The notes beneath the pieces were generated by a model, which saw nothing but the letters and a program-made list of their open reading frames with translations, did not search any database and had not been told where the DNA came from. From NCBI GenBank assembly GCA_963792415.1, contig CAWBVY010000004.1, positions 576,001 to 640,000 of the forward strand: a stretch of DNA of 64,000 nt, written 5' to 3'. This document shows positions 1 to 9,119 of the stretch, in pieces (the stretch's first letter is position 1; every line of letters starts with the position of its first letter). Source of the stretch: Candidatus Deferrimicrobiaceae bacterium (lineage in GTDB: Bacteria > Desulfobacterota > Deferrimicrobia > Deferrimicrobiales > Deferrimicrobiaceae). The position numbers were made by a program, and so were the translations under genes.

Positions 1-205
1 AGCGCGACGACGATTGCGGCTCCGTAAACCGAGGGACGCAGAGTACCTCCGGGCCGGAAGGGAAGTATTCCTCTTTTTCTGAAATCGAATTATACCTTGG
101 CGGGATTCCGGGGGAAGTATAATGCCACCAATATTTTCGGGTTTGGAGATCGCCCCGTGACGATGGGGCCGGCGAAAGAAGAGGAACCCGGGAGGGAAGC
201 GGCGG

Positions 206-1342
206 ATGGCGAAAAGATCGCGGTACCTGTCCGGCGCCCGGATCCTTCCCCCGCCCGTGGGGAAGAGGATGCCGGCGTCGGAGTTGATCGAGAGGACGTT
301 CCTCGCCTACAACGCGGGGAGGCTGCGGGAGGGGGCGCGGCTCCTGTCCGAACGGATGCTGAAACCCGACGTCACGGTGGGGCTCTCGCTGACGGGCGCG
401 CTCACCCCCGCGGGGCTCGGCGTGTCGTGCGTCGTGCCGCTGCTCAAGGCGGGGTTCGTCGACTGGATCGTCTCGACGGGGGCGAACCTCTATCATGACG
501 CCCACTTCGGGCTCGGGCTTCCGATGCACGCCGGCTCGCCGTTCCTCGACGACCGCGTCCTTCGGGAAGAGGGGGTCGTGCGGATCTACGACGTCCTGTT
601 CGACTACGGGGTGCTCCTCGACACCGACGCCTTCTTCCGCCAGGTGCTGGACCTTCCGGAGTTCCAGGCGGAGATGGGGACGGCGGAGTTCCACTACCGG
701 CTCGGGCGGTACATGGCCGAGCGGGAGAAGGCCCTCGGCCAGGGGGAGGTGAGCGTGCTGGCGGCGGCGTGGCGGTACGGGGTCCCCGTCTACACGTCGT
801 CCCCGGGAGATTCCTCCATCGGGATGAACGTCGCCGCGATGCGCCTCGGCGGGCGCGGGGTGACGTTCGACGTCTCCCTCGATGTGAACGAGACGGCGGC
901 GATCGTCTACGACGCGAAACGGCGTGGAGGGAAAAGCGCGGTCTGGATCCTCGGCGGCGGGTCGCCGAAGAACTTCATGCTCCAGACCGAGCCGCAGATC
1001 CAGGAGGTTCTCGGGCTCGACGAAAAGGGGCACGACTACTTCCTCCAGGTCACCGACGCCCGGCCCGACACGGGCGGGCTGTCCGGCGCGACGCCGTCGG
1101 AGGCGGTCTCCTGGGGGAAGGTCGACCCGGACAGGCTCCCCGACACGGTGGTCTGCTACCTCGACTCCACCGTGGCGCTGCCGCTCCTTTGCGCCTTCGC
1201 GTTCGACCGGGTGGGGAAGCGGGCACGAAGGCGCCTCTACGACCGCCGGGCGGAGATGCTGGCGGTCCTTGGAAAGGCGTACCGCAAGGCGGTGAACGCC
1301 GCCGTGGTGACGAAGAAGCGGAAGGTCGCGCGGAAGAAGTAG
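206..1342 (+). CDS. Deoxyhypusine synthase-like protein (probable homospermidine biosynthesis enzyme)
   Basis: Motifs [36 protein letters not shown] and [18 protein letters not shown] are typical of the DHS family. Confidence 0.88.
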   Translation: MAKRSRYLSGARILPPPVGKRMPASELIERTFLAYNAGRLREGARLLSERMLKPDVTVGLSLTGALTPAGLGVSCVVPLLKAGFVDWIVSTGANLYHDAHFGLGLPMHAGSPFLDDRVLREEGVVRIYDVLFDYGVLLDTDAFFRQVLDLPEFQAEMGTAEFHYRLGRYMAEREKALGQGEVSVLAAAWRYGVPVYTSSPGDSSIGMNVAAMRLGGRGVTFDVSLDVNETAAIVYDAKRRGGKSAVWILGGGSPKNFMLQTEPQIQEVLGLDEKGHDYFLQVTDARPDTGGLSGATPSEAVSWGKVDPDRLPDTVVCYLDSTVALPLLCAFAFDRVGKRARRRLYDRRAEMLAVLGKAYRKAVNAAVVTKKRKVARKK

Positions 1343-1348
1343 GAAGGT

Positions 1349-1882
1349 CTATCGTTCTTCGTGCAGGTGGAGGAGGAGTTTCCCCGCGGCCCACGCGTCG
1401 GCTTCCGCCCGGTGGAAGGTGGTGCCGATGCCGAGCTCCCTGCAGAGGTTCGGGAGGGAGTGGGAGCGGAAGCGCCCGGTCCGGCGGGCCAGCGGAAGCG
1501 TGTCGATCACCCGGTTCCCCGGCCACGATCCCCCCGCGATCCGGGCCTCGCTCCGGAGGAACGACAGGTCGAACGGCGCGTTGTGGAAGACGAGCGGGTC
1601 GTCGGCGAGAAAGTCGAGGATCCGCGGAAGAAGGTCGGCGAAGGTGGGGGCCCCGGCCACCATCGCGTCGGTGATCCCGTTCACCGCCGACGCTCCTGGG
1701 TCGATGGGGCGCAGCGGATTCACCAGCGAAACGAAGGAGTCGATCACCGTCCCCCGCAGGAAGCGGAGCAGGGCGAACTCGCAGACCCGGTGGCCGTCGG
1801 CCGCGGAAAGTCCCGTGGTCTCCACGTCCGCAGCGACGTAAGGGATCTCGAGGATGCGGCCGCCGTGGGTCGGGTTCCTCAA
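1349..1882 (-). CDS. DEDDh 3'-5' exonuclease (DnaQ/epsilon-like)
   Basis: ExoI ADVETTG, ExoII HNAPFD, ExoIII HRAEADA. Start moved to TTG at 1882 because the ORF-track start overlaps the divergent gene; the start is uncertain. Confidence 0.85.
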   Translation of the reverse strand: MRNPTHGGRILEIPYVAADVETTGLSAADGHRVCEFALLRFLRGTVIDSFVSLVNPLRPIDPGASAVNGITDAMVAGAPTFADLLPRILDFLADDPLVFHNAPFDLSFLRSEARIAGGSWPGNRVIDTLPLARRTGRFRSHSLPNLCRELGIGTTFHRAEADAWAAGKLLLHLHEER

Positions 1883-1934
1883 TATTTCCCCCTGTTGTAG
1901 AATACGGCCAACATCATCGCACAGGAGCCCACCG

Positions 1935-2042
1935 ATGAAAAAGTGGAAGTGCACCGTCTGCGGCTACATCCACCAGGGGGAAGAGCCCCCTGCCAACTGC
2001 CCCGTCTGCGGGGCGTCCCGCGAGAAGTTCGTACAGCTTTGA
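1935..2042 (+). CDS. 35-aa rubredoxin-like protein (rubrerythrin C-terminal type CxxC-x12-CxxC)
   Basis: [35 protein letters not shown]; AGGAG RBS at 1923-1927; stop overlaps the next ATG (TGATG). Confidence 0.8.
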   Translation: MKKWKCTVCGYIHQGEEPPANCPVCGASREKFVQL

Positions 2043-2758
2043 TGGCGGGTGCCGGGAGGAAGGTTGCGCTGGTCACCGGCGGGAGCCGGCGGATCGGCGC
2101 GACGATCTCCCGCGCCCTCGCGAAGGCCGGCTACGAGGTCATCCTGACGTACCGCGCCTCCGCCGCCGAGGGAAAGGCGCTGGCGGCGCGGATCGGCGGG
2201 AGCGCCGTTCCTCTCGACCTGTCCCGGCCGTCGACGTTCGGGCGGTTCGCGGACCGGCTGGGCCGGAAGTTCGGGCGCCTGGACCTGCTGGTCCACAATG
2301 CCGCCGTCTTTCCCCGGACGCCGGCCGGCGAAGTCCCCTCCGCCGACTGGGACGCCGTCTTCGCCGTCAATCTCCGCGGTCCGTTCCTGCTGACCCAGGC
2401 GCTGTTGCCGCTGCTGCGGAAGGGGCGGGGAGGCGCGGGGGTCCTGTTCCTCGGGGACGCCAACGCCTTCGAACTGTGGCCCGGGTACCTGCCGTACTGC
2501 CTCTCGAAGCTAACCCTCCTGCCTCTGGCCGCCGGTTTGCGGAAAGCCCTCCCGCCCGACGTTCGCGTCGGGGTCGTTCGACCGGGGCTGGTCCTCCCGC
2601 CCGACCGGTTTCCGGCGAAGCGGTGGGCGCGCCTCCGCGCTTCGATGGCGGGGCGGCGCGGGATCCGGACACCGGAAGGCGTCGCGAGAGCCGTCTTGCA
2701 ATTCGCGCGGGCGGGGATTTATAATGGCCGGACCAATCAACAAGGGGGTGTCCAATGA
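2042..2758 (+). CDS. SDR family oxidoreductase (pteridine reductase/FolM-like)
   Basis: [19 protein letters not shown] catalytic YxxxK; ATG coupled to the upstream stop. Confidence 0.8.
   Translation: MAGAGRKVALVTGGSRRIGATISRALAKAGYEVILTYRASAAEGKALAARIGGSAVPLDLSRPSTFGRFADRLGRKFGRLDLLVHNAAVFPRTPAGEVPSADWDAVFAVNLRGPFLLTQALLPLLRKGRGGAGVLFLGDANAFELWPGYLPYCLSKLTLLPLAAGLRKALPPDVRVGVVRPGLVLPPDRFPAKRWARLRASMAGRRGIRTPEGVARAVLQFARAGIYNGRTNQQGGVQ
2696..2725 (+). promoter_or_regulatory. Putative sigma70 promoter for rubredoxin-fprA, inside the 3' end of the SDR gene
   Basis: TTGCAA-N18-TATAAT about 30 nt upstream of the rubredoxin ATG. Confidence 0.45.
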
Positions 2759-2916
2759 AGAAATGGAGATGCAACGTGTGCGGCTACATCTACGACCCGG
2801 CCATCGGCGACCCCGCCAACGGCGTGCCTCCCGGCACCCCCTTCGAGAAGATCCCGGACGACTGGGTATGCCCCCTCTGCGGCGTGGGCAAGGAAGATTT
2901 CGAAGCGGCCGACTGA
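2755..2916 (+). CDS. Rubredoxin (53 aa; absent from ORF track)
   Basis: Manual translation [53 protein letters not shown], a canonical rubredoxin; RBS AAGGGGG. Confidence 0.95.
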   Translation: MKKWRCNVCGYIYDPAIGDPANGVPPGTPFEKIPDDWVCPLCGVGKEDFEAAD

Positions 2917-2949
2917 CCGGACCCTGAAAACCAGCGAGGTGCCATCCAG

Positions 2950-4155
2950 ATGCCCAACGTGACGCTTGCGCCCGACGTCTATTGCGTCGGGGTCAACGAC
3001 CCGGGGTTGACCGTTTTCGACATCGTCATCCCGACGGAGTACGGAACGACGTACAACTCCTACCTCGTCAAAGGTAAGGAGAAAACCGCACTCATCGACT
3101 GCGTGAAGCGTCCCTTCGTCGCCGAATTTTTCCGCAAGATCGAAGAGGTCCTTCCGCTCGAGAAGATCGACTATGTGGTCATCAACCATTCCGAGCCCGA
3201 CCACGCGGGCGGGATCGTCGACCTGCTGCAGCGGCATCCGAACGTCCAGGTCTACCTCTCCCGGCCCGCCAAGTCGTTCATCGACAACCTCGTCAACGGG
3301 GAGTACAAGTTCCACCTCGTGAACGACAACGAGGAGCTCCCCCTCGGCGGCAAGACGCTGCGCTTCATCAACGCGCCGTTCCTCCACTGGCCCGACACGA
3401 TCTTCACGTACCTGGTGGAGGACAAGATCCTCTTCCCCTGCGACTTCCTCGGCTCCCATTATTCGTCGCCCCACACCTTCAACGACGAGCTCGACCATCC
3501 CGAAAAGGCCCGCGCCGCCTTCGAGTTCTACTACAGCACGATCATGCGCCCGTACAAGGAGCCTGTTCTCAAGGCGTGCGAACGCCTGAAGGACCTGCCG
3601 ATCTCGATGATCGCCCCGTCCCACGGGCCGGTGCTCCGGAAGAACCCGCTGGAGTATCTGGCGTGGTACAAGCACCGGGCGGACATCATGGCGAGGGTGA
3701 AGGAAAAGAAGGTGCCGATCGTCTACGTTTCCGCCTACGGGAACACGGCCGCCATGGCGAAGAAGGTGGCGGAAGGGGTGGCCGCGGGAGGGCTCACGCC
3801 GGTGCTGTTGAACGGCGTCGAGGTCCCGATGGACAAGATCGTCGACGAGCTCGACGAATCCGTCGGCTTTCTGATCGGAACGCCGACCCTGAACAGCAAC
3901 CTGCCGCACCCGATCCTGAGCATGATCGGGCACCTGGTGGTGCTGAACCTCCGGGGGAAAACCGCTTCCGCGTTCGGTTCCTTCGGCTGGAGCGGCGAGG
4001 CGATCAAGATGGTGGCGGACATCCTGACGGCGATGCGGATCAAGGTGTCGCCCGAACCGATCAAGTTCAAGATGACGCCTTCCGCGCAGGACCTCGATTC
4101 CTGCTTCGCGTTCGGCAAGAAGTTCGCGGAGGACCTGGGGGGGAAGGCCGCTTAG
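2950..4155 (+). CDS. fprA: Flavodiiron protein (FprA/NorV-type A-type flavoprotein)
   Basis: GTTYNSYL, NHSEPDH, LHWPD, IAPSHG, then a flavodoxin domain (SAYGNT, AFGSFGWSGEA). Confidence 0.93.
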   Translation: MPNVTLAPDVYCVGVNDPGLTVFDIVIPTEYGTTYNSYLVKGKEKTALIDCVKRPFVAEFFRKIEEVLPLEKIDYVVINHSEPDHAGGIVDLLQRHPNVQVYLSRPAKSFIDNLVNGEYKFHLVNDNEELPLGGKTLRFINAPFLHWPDTIFTYLVEDKILFPCDFLGSHYSSPHTFNDELDHPEKARAAFEFYYSTIMRPYKEPVLKACERLKDLPISMIAPSHGPVLRKNPLEYLAWYKHRADIMARVKEKKVPIVYVSAYGNTAAMAKKVAEGVAAGGLTPVLLNGVEVPMDKIVDELDESVGFLIGTPTLNSNLPHPILSMIGHLVVLNLRGKTASAFGSFGWSGEAIKMVADILTAMRIKVSPEPIKFKMTPSAQDLDSCFAFGKKFAEDLGGKAA

Positions 4156-4282
4156 CAGCTGCGTCGCCTCGGAGGGCGGGGCTCCGTTCGTGGCTCGCCG
4201 TGCGGTGAACCCGCACGGCTGCGCTTTACCTCACTGCGCCCCCCTCCTACGGCGACTTCGCCGGATCCTCCCGTTAGCTGCC
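4155..4282. repeat. REP/BIME-like palindromic element, copy A
   Basis: Nested inverted repeats with internal hairpin GCCGTGCGG-tgaac-CCGCACGGC; 4221-4256 matches 32235-32271 apart from one C. Confidence 0.7.
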
Positions 4283-4453
4283 ATGCTTCTTCACGATTTC
4301 CAGTCCTTCTTTATGGAGGGAACGGTCCGATTCCTTCTTGATCTGATGCTGCTTCTCCAGGGCCTCGCCGCGGATGAGCGCCTTGCAAGGGTCGCAGATC
4401 CCGCCCTCGAACACCCCTTCCTTCGCGCAGGCCATGCAGCGTTTCTTGTCCAT
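4274..4453 (-). CDS. 59-aa CxxC...CxxC small protein (absent from ORF track)
   Basis: MDKKRCMACAKEGVFEGGICDPCKALIRGEALEKQHQIKKESDRSLHKEGLEIVKKHGS; host-like codon usage; fills the gap between fprA and cobO. Confidence 0.65.
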   Translation of the reverse strand: MDKKRCMACAKEGVFEGGICDPCKALIRGEALEKQHQIKKESDRSLHKEGLEIVKKHGS

Positions 4454-4555
4454 ACGGACAGTATCCCACAGGGGAACCCGGATGAATATTCCTCCTTGGG
4501 AATCGGTTCCGTCCCGGCGTCATCCCAGGAAGAGAGACATTGAAGGGAGAGAGCG

Positions 4556-5125
4556 ATGGAACCTCGAAAGGCGCCCGAACGGATCCCGGAAAAACCGCGC
4601 CGGGGGCTCGTTCTTGTGATCACCGGCGACGGGAAGGGGAAGACGACCTCGTGTCTCGGGATGTCGGTGCGGGCCGTCGGATACGGGATGAAGGTCCTGA
4701 TGGTGCAGTTCATCAAGGGTTCGCTCCATTACGGCGAGCTCGACGGGGCGAAGCGGCTGGCGCCCGAGTTCGAACTTCTGCCGATGGGGAAGGGGTTCGT
4801 GGGGATCCGCGGCGACTCGCTTCCGATGGAAGAGCACGTGGCGGCGGCGCGGGAGGCGCTGGCCCTGGCCCGCGACCGGATGCTGTCCGGGAAGTACGAC
4901 GTGATCATCCTCGACGAGGTGAACGTGGCGGTCCGCCTCGGGCTGATCGACGTGAAGGAGGTTCTCGCGCTGATCGCGGAGAAGCCGGAAAACGTCCACC
5001 TCATCCTGTCGGGGCGGAACGCGCACGAAGAGGTGGTCCGGGTCGCCCACCTGGTGAGCGAGGTCCGCAGCGTCAAGCACCCCTACGACCAGGGGATCGA
5101 GGCGGAGAAGGGGATCGACTACTGA
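4556..5125 (+). CDS. cobO: Cob(I)yrinic acid a,c-diamide adenosyltransferase (CobO/BtuR)
   Basis: TGDGKGKTT, VQFIKG, ILDEVN, LILSGR, KHPYDQG...GIDY. Confidence 0.93.
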   Translation: MEPRKAPERIPEKPRRGLVLVITGDGKGKTTSCLGMSVRAVGYGMKVLMVQFIKGSLHYGELDGAKRLAPEFELLPMGKGFVGIRGDSLPMEEHVAAAREALALARDRMLSGKYDVIILDEVNVAVRLGLIDVKEVLALIAEKPENVHLILSGRNAHEEVVRVAHLVSEVRSVKHPYDQGIEAEKGIDY

Positions 5126-5154
5126 CCCGCCCGGGGCGGACGGAGGAGATGCGG

Positions 5155-5370
5155 ATGGAATTCGACCGGGTCGACGTGGAGGAGGAACTCTCCTCCTGCC
5201 CGAAATGCAGGGCGGGTGGAGGGTTCCACGTCTCTTTTCGGAGAGTGGAACGGAGGCTCGAGGTCGTGCTGGTGTGCCCCTCGTGCGGGTACCGGTTCGC
5301 CGCCGGGGAGTTCCTCATTCCCGACGGGAGCCCGCGTCCCTTCGATCCCTCGATCGATTCCGGCCCTTGA
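5155..5370 (+). CDS. Small zinc-ribbon protein
   Basis: MEFDRVDVEEELSSCPKC...GFHVSF...VCPSCGYRF; RBS GGAGGAG at 5142-5148. Confidence 0.7.
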   Translation: MEFDRVDVEEELSSCPKCRAGGGFHVSFRRVERRLEVVLVCPSCGYRFAAGEFLIPDGSPRPFDPSIDSGP

Positions 5371-5385
5371 GGGGCCGGGGCCCGT

Positions 5386-6393
5386 TCAGGCTTTCGCGCG
5401 CTCGAGGAGCGGCGTCCCGAACAGAAGACCGAAGTAGTCCTCGGCGTTCTTGATGTAGACCTTCCCGCCTCCGGCCATGTTCTCGCCGGCGAGCTCCCCC
5501 TGCTTCATCGCGCTGCGCCACCCGAAGTTGATCCGGCTCCCTCCCCGGTTGATGTCGTACACCTCGGCGCAGTCGCCCGCCGCGTAGACGTTGCTGACGT
5601 TCGTGCGCAGGTACTCGTCGACCAGAACGCCGGCGCCCGCCTTCACGCCGCTCCCCTCGAGGAAGCCGATGTTGGGGAGCCGCTCGGTGGCCACCACGAT
5701 CAGGTGGCACCGGATCGCAGCGCCCCCCGCCGTCACCACGTCGAAGTTCTTCCCGTCGACGTCGACCACGTCGGCGATCTCCGTCCCCTCGTGGACCTTT
5801 ACGCCGCGGGTGCGAAGCTGGTCGGTGACCCGCGCCTCGACCTCCCCGGAGATGGGGTTCCCGAACCGCGGGAGCCCCGGGTTGATCCAGATCACCTGGT
5901 TCCCCAGCTTGCGCATCGCGCGCGCCGCCTCGATGCCGAGGTAGCCGGGACCGTAGACGACCGTCGTGTCGGAGCGCATCGCCCGCTCGCGGACCCGCTG
6001 CGCGTCGCCGAGGGAGTTCAGGAAGAGGAACGAGCCCGGCGCCCCCATCAGCGCGAGGGGGAGGATCGGCCGGCCCCCGGTGGCGACGCACAGGAAGTTG
6101 TACGTCTCCTCGGAGCCGTCGGAAAAGGCGACCCGGTTCTTCGCCGCGTCGACCCGGCGCGCGCGCTTCCCGCCGAGGAGCTTCACCCCGGATTGGGCCA
6201 GGTCCTTTCCTTGCGGATCGGCGACGCCGGAGAGCTCCCGGTCGCCGGAGACGAGGTCGGGGAGCAGGGGGCGAAGGTACGGCGCGGCGTGCTCCTCGGT
6301 GGCGATGACGACCTCCGCGTCCTTGTCCTGCTTCCTTGCCGCCTTCGCAGCGGCGATTCCCGCCGGGCCGCTTCCGAGGATCAGGTATCTCAT
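5386..6393 (-). CDS. NAD(P)/FAD-dependent pyridine nucleotide-disulfide oxidoreductase family protein (candidate rubredoxin reductase)
   Basis: GSGPAG FAD motif, VATGGRP, YGPGYLGIE, VYAAGDCAE; start MRYLILG. Confidence 0.85.
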   Translation of the reverse strand: MRYLILGSGPAGIAAAKAARKQDKDAEVVIATEEHAAPYLRPLLPDLVSGDRELSGVADPQGKDLAQSGVKLLGGKRARRVDAAKNRVAFSDGSEETYNFLCVATGGRPILPLALMGAPGSFLFLNSLGDAQRVRERAMRSDTTVVYGPGYLGIEAARAMRKLGNQVIWINPGLPRFGNPISGEVEARVTDQLRTRGVKVHEGTEIADVVDVDGKNFDVVTAGGAAIRCHLIVVATERLPNIGFLEGSGVKAGAGVLVDEYLRTNVSNVYAAGDCAEVYDINRGGSRINFGWRSAMKQGELAGENMAGGGKVYIKNAEDYFGLLFGTPLLERAKA

Positions 6394-6468
6394 GGGGTTC
6401 CTCCGTGGTCGGATGTCGCTACCGAATCTACCATCTACGGGTTGGAGGGGCAAAAAGAAAAGAGGGTT

Positions 6469-7314
6469 TCAGGGACGGAACTCCGTTCCGAAGACCCCCG
6501 CAAGCGAATCGGGCGGTCCGGCGATCTCGTGGAATTCCCGGAACCTCTCCTCCCGGAGCCGCCGGAATGCGGTCTCCAGTACGCTTTCCGTCGCCACGCC
6601 GAGGATGTCCCTGCGAAAGTCGCGTGCCTCGGCCAGGATCACGTCGAAGTCGTGGATCGTCCCCAGGAGGGTCTGGAAGGCGTGGAGGCGGTTCGCCGTT
6701 TCTTCCGTCGCCTTCGGGAAGAGCGGGAGGAGGATCTCCGCGGCGTAGCGGTAATTCTTGAAAGCGAGCCGCATCCGGTGCAGCGCTTCCGGGTGCGCCG
6801 GGTCGAGGGCCGCATCCCGGTGCTTCGAGACCTCGCGCTCCAGCCTTCCGAGAAGGCCCGGGGCGAGGATCGCCGCCTCGAGCCGGTCCCCGAGACCCCC
6901 GGCCCTCTTGGGGAAAGGTACCCGAAGGCGGCGGGCGGACCGCGTCCCGAGGCACGTTCGCACCCGGGACTCCCATCGGAGGACGTCGCTCGCCACCAGG
7001 ACGGCATACAGGCGGGAGGGTTCGTCCCCTTCCGGGACGAATTGAAGGATCCAGTCCCTCTTCACGTGGGCATCGCGCAGCTTTCCCAGCGGGATCATGA
7101 GCGTTTTCAGGGACGACCGGGCCGCGCGCAGCCCCGGATCGGGCCCCAGAATCGTGTCGCTCACGGCGATCCAGGCGAGGACCCTCCGGATCGCCACCCG
7201 CAGGTCGTGGACGGCCTCGTCGGAGGTCGGGTCGGCGGAAGTCCGCTTCAGCCGCGCCCGGAACCGGGCTGCCCGCGTCCGCCCCGACTCCTCGAGGAAG
7301 GCGGTCGCTTCCAA
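6469..7314 (-). CDS. CHAD domain protein (polyphosphate-binding)
   Basis: EAVHDLRVAIRR, LGKLRDAHV, EALHRMRLAFKNYRY, LGTIHDFDV: the duplicated CHAD His/Arg motifs. Confidence 0.9.
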   Translation of the reverse strand: MEATAFLEESGRTRAARFRARLKRTSADPTSDEAVHDLRVAIRRVLAWIAVSDTILGPDPGLRAARSSLKTLMIPLGKLRDAHVKRDWILQFVPEGDEPSRLYAVLVASDVLRWESRVRTCLGTRSARRLRVPFPKRAGGLGDRLEAAILAPGLLGRLEREVSKHRDAALDPAHPEALHRMRLAFKNYRYAAEILLPLFPKATEETANRLHAFQTLLGTIHDFDVILAEARDFRRDILGVATESVLETAFRRLREERFREFHEIAGPPDSLAGVFGTEFRP

Positions 7315-7323
7315 CGGGCTCCC

Positions 7324-7707
7324 CTAGCCCCCCATCTCCTTGCGGAGGGAGGCGGCGGCCTTCCCGATGCGCTCCAGGTCCTTTCGCCGCCCCTTCCGCG
7401 GCTTCACGGAGAGGTCGTGCAGGACCCCCAGCATCCTCTCGACCCGGGCGGCGGGGAGCGATTTTCCCTCGACGGCCTCGACCGCGGCCGCGATCTCCGC
7501 CTCCGTATTGGCGACGTACCGCTCCGCGATCTCGGTGAACATCGCCCGCAGGCGGCGCAGCTCGAGGACGAGCATATCCTGCGCCGTCTTCCGGGAAGGC
7601 TTGCGCGCGAGCGCCGCGGCGATGCTCTTTTTTTCCGGCGGGGGGGCGGCCCCCGGTTTCGCCGAGGCCGTCTTCCCCCTGGTCTGTTTCCCTTTGGTGG
7701 TGGCCAT
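7324..7707 (-). CDS. Hypothetical basic protein (Lys/Ala-rich N-terminus, helical C-terminus)
   Basis: 127-aa ORF with RBS AAGGGG, tightly packed between the kinase pair and CHAD. Confidence 0.75.
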   Translation of the reverse strand: MATTKGKQTRGKTASAKPGAAPPPEKKSIAAALARKPSRKTAQDMLVLELRRLRAMFTEIAERYVANTEAEIAAAVEAVEGKSLPAARVERMLGVLHDLSVKPRKGRRKDLERIGKAAASLRKEMGG

Positions 7708-7718
7708 TCGATGTCCCC

Positions 7719-8417
7719 TTATCCGTTCGGCGAGATGACGGCCTCGATCCGGGTCTGCAGGTCCCGCGTGATGGCGCGGGGAACCCGCATCCCGTTGATG
7801 GTTGCGAATCCGTAGATGGCCTGCAGCTTGTTGAAGGTCCGGTGGAGCTCGGACTGGTAGCGGATGAACGAGTCGTACCAGGACCGGTTGTACCCGATGT
7901 CCATTCCCGACTCCCAGTAGTCGAGCTCCCGCCCGCGGTAGATGTACCGCTCCATGAGCTTCTGGGGAGCCACGCGAAGGTACAGCACCAGGTCGGGGAC
8001 GAGGGCGATGCTGTACACCGATTGCAGCCAGGCGAGGTCGGCTCCCCGCACGATGTCACGCGCCATCAGGGTATAGATGTACCGGTCGGCGAGGACGATG
8101 AACCCCGCCCGCAGGGCCGGGAGGATCCGGTGCTCCAGCTGGTCCGCGAAATCGGTGGCGTAGAAGAGGGACAAGGTGCGCGGGGAGAGGACGTTCCCCT
8201 CCTTCGCCTCCGCCAGTTCATTCGCCACGAGGGTGGAGCGCTTCAGCCCCACGTGCTCGACCGCGTGCCCGCGCCGCTCCAGCCACTCGGTGAGAAAGGC
8301 GATCTGCGTGCTCCGCCCGGACCCGTCCGGCCCTTCGAGCACGACGAGCTTCCCCTTGAGGTCTCCGGTGGCGACCCCCGGAATCCCCTTGCCGTAGAAC
8401 GTTCTTGGCCGGTTCAT
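7719..8417 (-). CDS. Thymidylate-kinase-like protein 2 (degenerate P-loop; candidate PPK3 regulatory subunit)
   Basis: LEGPDGSGRSTQ (Lys replaced by Arg), LADRYIYT; ATG overlaps the upstream stop (ATGA). Confidence 0.8.
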   Translation of the reverse strand: MNRPRTFYGKGIPGVATGDLKGKLVVLEGPDGSGRSTQIAFLTEWLERRGHAVEHVGLKRSTLVANELAEAKEGNVLSPRTLSLFYATDFADQLEHRILPALRAGFIVLADRYIYTLMARDIVRGADLAWLQSVYSIALVPDLVLYLRVAPQKLMERYIYRGRELDYWESGMDIGYNRSWYDSFIRYQSELHRTFNKLQAIYGFATINGMRVPRAITRDLQTRIEAVISPNG

Positions 8418-9115
8418 ACCCGCCACCCCCTCGGGACCGTCACCTTGTATCGCGCGAGGTCGATCCGGTCGCGCAGGATCGCCCGGACCTCCTCCTGGAT
8501 CGCCTCCACGGGACGATCCGAGTTGATCCGGGTGAACCGGTGCCGGCGCGCGAGGGTTTCGTACGCCTTGTGGATCCTCCCCTGGAAGATCTTGAAGCTC
8601 TCCACAGGGTCCGGGGAGAGGCCGAGGTCCATTCCCGCCTCGTGGTATTTGAGCGCCGGGCGACCGACGAGGATCCGGTCCAGCGCCGTCCGGAGCGGGA
8701 GGGAGAAGTAGAAGGTGATGTCCGGCTGGAAGGCGAAGCTGTAGAGCTGCTCGACCCACTCCTGCGGGCACCCCCGGACGGTGTCGCGGGCGAGGGCGGT
8801 GAACTTGTACCGGTCCGCGAGGACGATGAACCCCGCCTTGAGCATCGGAAGGATGTTCCGTTCGTACCGGTCGGCGAAATCGGTGCAGTGGATGAGGGAG
8901 AAGGTGGTCGGTGTAAGGAGGTTCTGCTTCTTCCCCCGCCGGGTGGCGCTCCGGACGATCTCGGAGGAGTTCCACTCGGTGAAGAAGACTTTGTACCCGG
9001 ACAGCTCCAGCCAACGCTTGAGGAGGTACACCTGGGTCGACTTCCCCGATCCGTCGAGTCCCTCGACGGCGATCAGCTTTCCGGGGGTGGCGTTCGGGTT
9101 GGATATTTCCGGCAT
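8414..9115 (-). CDS. Thymidylate-kinase-like protein 1 (intact P-loop; candidate PPK3 catalytic subunit)
   Basis: VEGLDGSGKSTQ, LADRYKFT; clear paralog of the downstream gene. Confidence 0.82.
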   Translation of the reverse strand: MPEISNPNATPGKLIAVEGLDGSGKSTQVYLLKRWLELSGYKVFFTEWNSSEIVRSATRRGKKQNLLTPTTFSLIHCTDFADRYERNILPMLKAGFIVLADRYKFTALARDTVRGCPQEWVEQLYSFAFQPDITFYFSLPLRTALDRILVGRPALKYHEAGMDLGLSPDPVESFKIFQGRIHKAYETLARRHRFTRINSDRPVEAIQEEVRAILRDRIDLARYKVTVPRGWRV

Positions 9116-9119
9116 CCGG

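Noticed and set aside
1-50. Possible minus-strand gene start (GGAGG then CTG, LRPSVYGAAIVVA) running off the window
   Set aside because: Too short and needs a rare start codon; cannot be supported from this window.
7719-9115. Calling the kinase pair tmk
   Set aside because: Tandem duplication, a degenerate P-loop in one copy and the ppx/CHAD context argue against a housekeeping dTMP kinase.
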